Positions 57,186-64,000 of a stretch of 64,000 nucleotides of DNA are shown piece by piece. Below the pieces are notes generated by a model. The model was given only the letters and a program-made list of their open reading frames with translations. It was not told where the DNA came from and searched no databases. The stretch is from Sedimentisphaerales bacterium (GTDB lineage: Bacteria; Planctomycetota; Phycisphaerae; Sedimentisphaerales; Anaerobacaceae). Numbering within the stretch: position 1 is the first letter of the stretch; every line of letters begins with the position of its first letter. Both the position numbers and the translations under genes were made by a program. The stretch lies in assembly GCA_963708075.1 (NCBI GenBank), contig OY970194.1:1248001-1312000 (forward strand), written 5' to 3'.

Positions 57186-57326
57186 ACTGGTTTTTCACGC
57201 CAAGTGATTCGCACGTGGACACCATAAATCTACATCTGGATGGGGATTATGACAAGTGTTTTCGGCGATCTGTGCATTGACCGGGGCGTCCGATTCGTCT
57301 ATACATGAGCAGAAGGGTCATAGAAG

Positions 57327-58358
57327 ATGAAAGCAATTCACCGTCAAAAGCCGGTCTTGTGCGTGGCTCTCGGCAGCACGCTCCTGTATCTGATCATGGG
57401 CTCGGCCTGCGCCGATTCGGGTAATCCGTCCGAGCAGGGGCGCGGGTCGGCAGGGCAGTGGAGCCGGGTTGAACTCGTGGATCACTATTCCTTTGCAGGC
57501 AGCCTGCTGGAGGATACAGACCTCAGCGGCATCGCGTGCATCTCCGACAAAAGCTGCCTTGTAGGTGCTGACGAGGGCCGGGCGGTCCAGATGGTCGAGC
57601 TGTCGCGCGCGGCGAAGATGCTCAAGGTTGTGAGGACGGTCCCGCTCCTGCAATCGGGTAAGGAGGTCGACATCGAGGCCATCGCCGCGGAGGGCGACTC
57701 ATACTATATCATCGGCTCGCATGGCATCTCCAAAAAGGAGGGCGAACAGCAGTCAAACCGGTTCAGGATCTTCCGGCTGAAGGTGGATCGTGCGACGGGC
57801 AGGCCAGCGGGCGTGGATGCGGCAAGCTTGTCCGGTATCCTGCGTGCGGATGCGGTCCTGGGCGAGCACTTCCAGATGCCTCTCCAGCAGAGCGGGGTGA
57901 ACATCGAGGGCCTGGCCGTGCGGAATGGCCGATTGTTCGTGGGGTTCCGAGGGCCGAATCTGGACGGCTTTGCGTTCGTCATGGAAATCGCAGCGGCGGA
58001 CGTTTTCGATAGCAAGCCAAAGCCGCAGTACACGCTCCATCGACTTCGTCTTGGCAAGGGACTCGGCATCCGCGAGATCGTCGCTGCCAGGAGCGGTTTC
58101 CTGATCATTGCGGGCAATGCCGGCTCCGAGCCTTCGGAGAAGTACACGGACTCGGAGAACTACGAGGAAGATCGCGACTATTCACTGATCCTGTGGGACG
58201 GCAAAGGCTCCGAGGTCCACCGGATCGGCCCACTACCGAATCCGCCGGGCAAGGCGGAGGCCATGACGATCCTGGACGAATCCGCAAGCGAGGTCACGGT
58301 GCTGATCCTCTTCGACGGCCCCAAAGGAGGCCAGCCCTCGGTCTATCGCATCTCTTGA
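57327..58358 (+). CDS. Secreted DUF3616-like protein
   Basis: DLSGI, GADE, DIEAIA, GSHG, NIEGLA..GFRGP, LGIRE, KAEAM. Confidence 0.75.
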   Translation: MKAIHRQKPVLCVALGSTLLYLIMGSACADSGNPSEQGRGSAGQWSRVELVDHYSFAGSLLEDTDLSGIACISDKSCLVGADEGRAVQMVELSRAAKMLKVVRTVPLLQSGKEVDIEAIAAEGDSYYIIGSHGISKKEGEQQSNRFRIFRLKVDRATGRPAGVDAASLSGILRADAVLGEHFQMPLQQSGVNIEGLAVRNGRLFVGFRGPNLDGFAFVMEIAAADVFDSKPKPQYTLHRLRLGKGLGIREIVAARSGFLIIAGNAGSEPSEKYTDSENYEEDRDYSLILWDGKGSEVHRIGPLPNPPGKAEAMTILDESASEVTVLILFDGPKGGQPSVYRIS

Positions 58359-58390
58359 TGCCTGCACGATTTGCTGGGCAGGGACGTGGT

Positions 58391-59584
58391 TCAGCCCACT
58401 CGGTGAGTGAAAATGCGCTTCCAGTCGAGCTCGACGCCCATTCCCGGTGTCTGCGGGATGGTCACTCGGCCCTGGTCGTCGCAGGTGGGTTCCGGCGTGG
58501 CCCTGCCGGGCAGGATGTAGGACTCCTGCGAGGGCGAGGGGAATCCGAAGTACTCGATCAGCGATGGCTCGGTGGCGGCGATGAGCTGCAGATGAGGATA
58601 ACTGTCGGGGCCGACATTGGGCAATTCCAGCGGGATCCCGGCCGCTTCGCACGCTGAGGCCAGCTCGACGCAAGCTGTGAGGCCTCCGTGGAGAGCATCC
58701 ATGCAGGCGATGTCACAGGCTTTGGCCGCGATCCAGAGAACACGGGCGGGATAGGAATCCGGATTGGCCGCCGGCGTGCAGATTGGCGTTCTCACCTGTG
58801 CCGCCAGCGACGCGTACCGGTCCCGCCATCCATCGTCCTCAGGCATCGGGGATTCGTACCATCTGTACGCAAGGTCATCGAGAAGCCGCCCGACGCGCAG
58901 CGCCTCGTCGAACGTGTACGTGCGTGAGCCGCCCGCCATGCAAGTGAAGTCGGGTCCCACAGCGTCCCGAACAGCCTTGTACACGGCCATGTCGCGGTCG
59001 GGGGATGCGACGTACGGCTGGACCTTGCAGGCAGGGATGCCTTTCTCCTTGCATGTCACTGCATACGCCGCATATGCCTCCGGGGCACCAAGATTGAACC
59101 CCGTGTTCGCGTACACCGGGACATTTTGCCTGCGTGTCCCAAGCAGTGCGTGAGCCGGTTTGCCCTCCAGTCGCCCGCGCAGGTCCCAGAGGGCGACATC
59201 CACGGCCGCCAGCGAGCCGAGCGGGATGCCCTGTTCATAGAGCTGGCGCCAGACTACCTTGTGCTCGGCGGTGCTTCGCCCAAGCAGGATGTTCCTGATG
59301 AGTTCGATGCCGGCATGGTCGGGCATCGTCGAGCCTGTGAAATCGGCCCAGCCCTGGACCCCGTTCGTACCCGTGATTCGGACGGCACACCGGCGCTCCG
59401 GCTGATTGTCCGGCTGCCGGCGGCCCGTCTCATATAGGACCCATTCAATGTTCGAGATGCGCGAGGAGTCTTCTACACCGATGACAAACAGTGAGCGTGC
59501 CGGGGCGCTGTCACCCACCAGAAGAAAAGCGCCCGCCGAACCCAGGGTTTTCAGGAACGATCTTCGATTCATCATCGTGAACAT
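58391..59584 (-). CDS. Tat-signal mandelate racemase/muconate lactonizing enzyme family protein (degenerate active site)
   Basis: NRRSFLK leader; AAVDVALWDLRGRLEGKP...LLG; AVRDAVG; WYESP; PQTPGMGVELD. Confidence 0.85.
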   Translation of the reverse strand: MFTMMNRRSFLKTLGSAGAFLLVGDSAPARSLFVIGVEDSSRISNIEWVLYETGRRQPDNQPERRCAVRITGTNGVQGWADFTGSTMPDHAGIELIRNILLGRSTAEHKVVWRQLYEQGIPLGSLAAVDVALWDLRGRLEGKPAHALLGTRRQNVPVYANTGFNLGAPEAYAAYAVTCKEKGIPACKVQPYVASPDRDMAVYKAVRDAVGPDFTCMAGGSRTYTFDEALRVGRLLDDLAYRWYESPMPEDDGWRDRYASLAAQVRTPICTPAANPDSYPARVLWIAAKACDIACMDALHGGLTACVELASACEAAGIPLELPNVGPDSYPHLQLIAATEPSLIEYFGFPSPSQESYILPGRATPEPTCDDQGRVTIPQTPGMGVELDWKRIFTHRVG

Positions 59585-59866
59585 GCAACGGCCCCAACCG
59601 ATCCCGTTCGCCCTCACGGCCGCAACTGCATGCTCCTCCCATTATCCGTTCTCTCCGCCCCCTCGAAGCGAAAGGGCGTTGTGACGGAGGACCCACCCTT
59701 TCCTTATATATTGTACAGGGGACATGCCACAAACGCAAGCTCTATTGTGACTATTCGGGGACATGGGCCGATAATGTGTGCCTGTGGGTCACAGTGGCCA
59801 AGTAGGAGTGCAACGGGCTCGCAGACAAGCCAAATCGCCAGCGGCGGATCCTGATCTGGTGCAGCC

Positions 59867-61066
59867 TCAGGCGGCCCCGGCGGGGGTGAGCGCCGAACAG
59901 CGAGTCCTCAAGTTATCGAGAATGTTCATGTAGTTGATGTACGAATCGTAGGGTGAATCGTACGGATTGAAGTACTTGTGCACGTCACCGTCGGCAAACC
60001 ACTTCGTACACATGTAATAGAGATGGTCGGACGTCTGAAGCTTCCGCCAACGTTCCAGGATGCCCGGGTCACCGGACGCCTTGACTGTGGACTCGAGCCT
60101 GTACAGTTCTCGGATCGCGCTGTGCTGCATGGCGTTGCCCAGCCACGCGGAGAGATCCCGCTCGATGTCGGCCCAACTGACATAGTAGGGCACATCGACC
60201 GCATCGACAGCCTCATAGGCGGCAGCCGCCTCGCTCGGCGTCTTGAAGTCGTTGTCCGGGTGCTTGAGGACCTCGACGGGCAGGTGCCGGAGGAACTCGA
60301 AGATGCCGGTGTCCTCCCATTGATGTTCGCCGAAGGTCTCGTAGTCGATGAACAGGTTGACCACGTAGCCATTCCCATTGACCGCGTTGATCCACTGAGC
60401 GAACTTGTCCGCCCCCAGCGGCCATTCGCTCCAGCCCCGGTTGGAGAAGCGGAACGCGATGTCGTCGCTGAGCCTATAGTTCTTCAAGAGCAGCTTCAGC
60501 TTGGAGCAGTTGGGAGGCCTGTAGACGTAATTGGGACTTCGATAGCCGAGGATGTGATCGGCCCCTTCCGCCAGAATCGCATCGAATCCACCGATTCGCT
60601 CGACCGCCTGCGCGATGGAGTTGTTGTAGATCAGCTCGGTGTTTCGGAACACGCGGGGCGTTTGGCCGAATAGATCATACATCAGTTGCCGGTGGGCCTG
60701 GACCTGCTCGGCGAATTCACGGGGGGAATACAGGTAGCTGAGGCTGTGGTGATAGGTTTCGCACAGGAACTCGACGCATCCCGTGTCGGCAAGCGCGTGG
60801 AAACTGTCCAGCACCTTGGGGGCATACTCTTTCAACTGCTCCAGCAGGACGCCCGTCAGACTGTAACTGATCTTGAACTGGCCGTGGTGCTGGCGGATCA
60901 GATCGAGAAACAGCCTGTTCGCAGGCAGGTAGCATTTCTTCGCCACCTTTCTGCAGATTTCCGCGTTCTTGTGGGTGTCGAAGTAGTCGTTTCCCGAATC
61001 GAAGATCGTGTAGTGCCGGAGCCTGTACGGCTGATGCACCTGGAAATAGAAACAAACGGACGCCAT
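59867..61066 (-). CDS. Glycoside hydrolase family 57 (alpha-amylase-like)
   Basis: FQVHQP.RL, ETYHHSL, FRNTELIY, LSDDIAFRF, DYETFGEHQ, SWAD.ERD.SAW, QTSDH.YYM. Confidence 0.93.
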   Translation of the reverse strand: MASVCFYFQVHQPYRLRHYTIFDSGNDYFDTHKNAEICRKVAKKCYLPANRLFLDLIRQHHGQFKISYSLTGVLLEQLKEYAPKVLDSFHALADTGCVEFLCETYHHSLSYLYSPREFAEQVQAHRQLMYDLFGQTPRVFRNTELIYNNSIAQAVERIGGFDAILAEGADHILGYRSPNYVYRPPNCSKLKLLLKNYRLSDDIAFRFSNRGWSEWPLGADKFAQWINAVNGNGYVVNLFIDYETFGEHQWEDTGIFEFLRHLPVEVLKHPDNDFKTPSEAAAAYEAVDAVDVPYYVSWADIERDLSAWLGNAMQHSAIRELYRLESTVKASGDPGILERWRKLQTSDHLYYMCTKWFADGDVHKYFNPYDSPYDSYINYMNILDNLRTRCSALTPAGAA

Positions 61067-61090
61067 CAGTACCTCCAGACCATGAAACGC

Positions 61091-62362
61091 TTACATCATG
61101 CTCATGGCCTTATGATAAATCTCGCCGACTCGTGCCGCGGAATCCTCCCAGCGGAATCGCAGCGCCTCTTTCCTGCCTTCGATGCGAAGCATCTCCTGCA
61201 GAGGCGGATATCGCAGGACGGCCACCATCTTGTTGGCCATTTCGTTGATATCCCAGAAATCGACCTTCAGGGCATTGCGGAATGTCTCCGCGATGCCGCT
61301 CGTTTTACTCATCAGCACGGGCACATTGTGCTGCAAGGCTTCCAGCGGAGCGATGCCGAACGGCTCGGAGACCGAGGGCATCACGTACAAGTCGGCCATC
61401 TGGTAGGCACGGTCGACGTCGGCGCCTCGCAGGAATCGGGTGAAGAAGACCTTGTGGCCGATGCCGAGGTTTGCCGCCAGTTCGATACTCCGGTAGAGCA
61501 TGTCGCCGTCGCCGGCCATGACGAACTTGACGTTGCCCATCTTCTCCAGGACTCTCTTTGCTGCGAAGAGGAAGTACTCGGGACCTTTCTGCATGGTCAC
61601 GCGGCCGAGGAACAGGACAGTCTTGTCCGGCCCCACCCGCGGGAGAGAGGCTTCCACATGACCATTGAAATCGATCCCGTTGTATACAACTTCGATCTTT
61701 TCCGGCGGTACGCCGTAGCGGTTGATGATGATGTTTCGGGTATAGTTGCTGACCGCGATGACTGCCGTGGCCGCATGCATGCCCTGACGCTCGATGTCGT
61801 AGACATACTGGTTCACATGCTCTCCGCTGCGGTCGAACTCGGTGGAGTGCACCTGCACGACCAGCGGCTTACCCGTCATGGTTGCCACCGCGATCCCGGC
61901 CGGGAACGTCATCCAGTCATGGGCATGGATGACATCAAACTCTTCGCTCTCGGCCACCTTCATCACCTGGACCGCGTAGCGATGGACCTCCGCGCATACA
62001 TCGGGGCCGTAGATGGCCCGCTGCTCTTCGGACGCTTCCAGCGTTGCACTCGAGGCCTGCGTTTTCACCTGACGCCAGTGCGCGGCTCCATAGGATTCGC
62101 CTGGCGTGTAGGGAACCAGGGTCGATGGGATGGGTCTCAGGCGGACATGGCGCATTCCGGTCTGGTAGTACTCGGATCCCTCCACACCCGACGATGATTC
62201 CTGGCCCGCTGCAAACCGAATCGGCATGGCGCGGGGAAGGACAAAGGTCACCGGCATGCCCAGGCGATCCATTGCCTTGGTCAACCCATAGCAGGCTGTG
62301 CCGAGTCCTCCGCTAATGAACGGCGGGAACTCCCAGCCGAGCATGAGCGTCCTTGTCTTCAT
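61091..62362 (-). CDS. Glycosyltransferase family 4 (glycogen synthase-like)
   Basis: GWEFPP.ISGGLG, HAHDWMT, HSTEFDR, GRVTMQKGP, PSVSEPFGI..LEA. Confidence 0.92.
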   Translation of the reverse strand: MKTRTLMLGWEFPPFISGGLGTACYGLTKAMDRLGMPVTFVLPRAMPIRFAAGQESSSGVEGSEYYQTGMRHVRLRPIPSTLVPYTPGESYGAAHWRQVKTQASSATLEASEEQRAIYGPDVCAEVHRYAVQVMKVAESEEFDVIHAHDWMTFPAGIAVATMTGKPLVVQVHSTEFDRSGEHVNQYVYDIERQGMHAATAVIAVSNYTRNIIINRYGVPPEKIEVVYNGIDFNGHVEASLPRVGPDKTVLFLGRVTMQKGPEYFLFAAKRVLEKMGNVKFVMAGDGDMLYRSIELAANLGIGHKVFFTRFLRGADVDRAYQMADLYVMPSVSEPFGIAPLEALQHNVPVLMSKTSGIAETFRNALKVDFWDINEMANKMVAVLRYPPLQEMLRIEGRKEALRFRWEDSAARVGEIYHKAMSMM

Positions 62363-62534
62363 GAGTCGTTCCTCCCTGCCTAGCACTACCGGACCCAAAG
62401 CCATTTCGTATCATAGTATGCGCCTTGGTCGCCTACCGGGTTCATTTGCGACTGAAATGCTTCTTAATTGCTATCGTCGCAGGTACTGACAATCACAAGA
62501 GTACCACATATGCGGGATGGGTCAAGAGGATTGT

Positions 62535-62738
62535 TCAGACAATCTGCACATCTTTGGCGAATTTCCTGAGCCACTGTCCGTCACAACCTACCCTGCTACA
62601 TGTGTACCACACAAACAGAGCCCGGCCTTCGGCCAGCCGGTCCGCTTCCGTCATGATTGCCCCGCACTCGGGGCAGCACTGTTCGCTATTCAACTGCCGG
62701 AGTTCACTCTCTGTTGCCCGCCGCTCCAGGGTGTTCAT
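62535..62738 (-). CDS. Small zinc-ribbon protein (67 aa)
   Basis: AAGGAG RBS; CPECG...WYTC...GC. Confidence 0.65.
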   Translation of the reverse strand: MNTLERRATESELRQLNSEQCCPECGAIMTEADRLAEGRALFVWYTCSRVGCDGQWLRKFAKDVQIV

Positions 62739-63211
62739 GTACTACTCCTTGTGTCACACGGGTCTGGACCCGCCACTGTGTGCCATGTGATGCCCCACCC
62801 GGTTTGTCGACCTGTTGCAAATCATATGAAGGTCAAGGTACATTAAACAGGCAAAGAGGAAAATAGGTAGAATGCTTAATCTTGTGGCAGGAAAAATCGC
62901 ACGTCCCCTGTTAGAACCTTATGGCGAGAGGGGCAAAGTCCCCGGCTTCACATTACCGGCTGCCCGGGGATATCCATATTAACTATCGGCCGGAGGAGGG
63001 CGTGACGGTGCCACTTTACAAACGTGTGCTCACTACACGACGTAGACCGTGATTCGCGCAAACGGTTTCTCCTCGAGCTGTTTCCCAACGCTTTAGGTGC
63101 TTTCCTTACGGAGAAGTTTTGCATCCTGACGGCGCAGCCGCGTAAAGAGAATAACAGGAGGGAGTATAGGCTTGATTCATCAGACACATGTGATAATGGG
63201 AAGGAGAAACG

Positions 63212-64000
63212 ATGAACGATCAGACTGTGAGGATTTTGGGCTCAGAGGCAGACGGCTTGCTCCGTCATGAGTGCCGGACCGTGTCGAAGGACAAGCTGCA
63301 CCTGCCCCGGCCGACTTTCATCGATGATGTCATGTCGGCCTCGGACAGATCACCTGCCGTCTTGCGAAATCTCCAGACGACGTTCAATCACGGCAGGCTC
63401 GGGGGGACGGGGTATCTGTCCATACTCCCGGTAGATCAAGGAATCGAGCATTCCGCCGGAGCGTCCTTTGCGCCTGCCCCTGAGTACTTTGACCCGGAGA
63501 ACATCGTCAAGCTCGCCGTCGAGGGCCAGTGCAATGCTGTCGCCTCCACCCTGGGCGTGCTGGGGGCTGTCAGCCGCAGGTACGCCCACAAGATCCCGTT
63601 CATTGTCAAGATCAACCACAACGAGCTGTTGAGCTATCCCAACACCTATGACCAGCGGCTCTTTGGCTCTGTGGACCAGGCGTTCGGGATGGGGGCCGTG
63701 GCCGCCGGCGCAACGATCTATTTCGGCTCCCCGGAGTCCAGGCGGCAGATCGAGGAAATCTCGGAGGCGTTCGAGCGTGCGCATGAGCTGGGCCTGTTCA
63801 CCGTGCTATGGGCATACCTGCGGAATGAGCACTTTGAGAAAGATGGCGTGAGCTATGAGACCTCCGCGGATCTGACCGGGCAGGCGAACCACCTGGCGGT
63901 GACCATCGAGGCCGATATCGTCAAGCAGAAGCAGCCGACCAATAACGGCGGGTACAAGGCTATCGGTTTTGGGAAGACGCATCGTGATGTGTACGAGAAA
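63212..64000 (+). CDS. fbaB: Class I fructose-bisphosphate aldolase (partial, runs off window end)
   Basis: AAGGAG RBS; my translation gives [59 protein letters not shown]. Confidence 0.95.
   Translation, partial: MNDQTVRILGSEADGLLRHECRTVSKDKLHLPRPTFIDDVMSASDRSPAVLRNLQTTFNHGRLGGTGYLSILPVDQGIEHSAGASFAPAPEYFDPENIVKLAVEGQCNAVASTLGVLGAVSRRYAHKIPFIVKINHNELLSYPNTYDQRLFGSVDQAFGMGAVAAGATIYFGSPESRRQIEEISEAFERAHELGLFTVLWAYLRNEHFEKDGVSYETSADLTGQANHLAVTIEADIVKQKQPTNNGGYKAIGFGKTHRDVYEK

Noticed and set aside
62905..62975. c-di-GMP-I riboswitch upstream of fbaB (GCAAAGTCCCCGG...CCGGGG)
   Set aside because: Lacks the GGCAAA-P2-GNRA arrangement and the GACGCAAA junction; only a partial resemblance.

Overview
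High-GC bacterial chromosomal segment, most likely an anaerobic planctomycete. Phycisphaerae-like affinity is inferred from the H-X9-DG pseudopilins, a DUF4190 protein and three PQQ-like beta-propellers. Left to right: (1) a redox operon with a membrane 4Fe-4S protein, a PQQ-propeller, a fused NuoE/NuoF (HydC/HydB-like) flavoprotein and a truncated NuoG/GltD-like subunit; (2) a cus-type heavy-metal RND efflux cluster; (3) tRNA-Pro(GGG); (4) a DtxR-controlled split-feoB operon; (5) a NusG-paralog-led nucleotide-sugar operon with a glucuronokinase-like GHMP kinase, plus a divergent ATP-grasp/WecA pair and manA; (6) a low-GC pair of HEPN-motif genes next to a ~1.4 kb non-coding repeat hub, which holds seven irregularly spaced AACAAAGCCAA repeats, REP-like doublets and heptamer runs; (7) amidase, Fur regulator and His-rich membrane protein; (8) ccdA-like, ribF, CBS protein, nrnA and a sugar ABC transporter; (9) a second, inverted tRNA-Pro(GGG) followed by a candidate structured RNA; (10) histidine kinase, GH5, CYTH, radical SAM, tRNA-Ile2(CAT), a degenerate Tat-exported enolase-family protein, a GH57/GT4 pair and a partial fbaB. 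Five genes each carry one small frameshift, probably from assembly indels. No CRISPR-Cas, integrase, transposase or rRNA was seen. All family assignments come from motif recognition by eye; no database searches were run.
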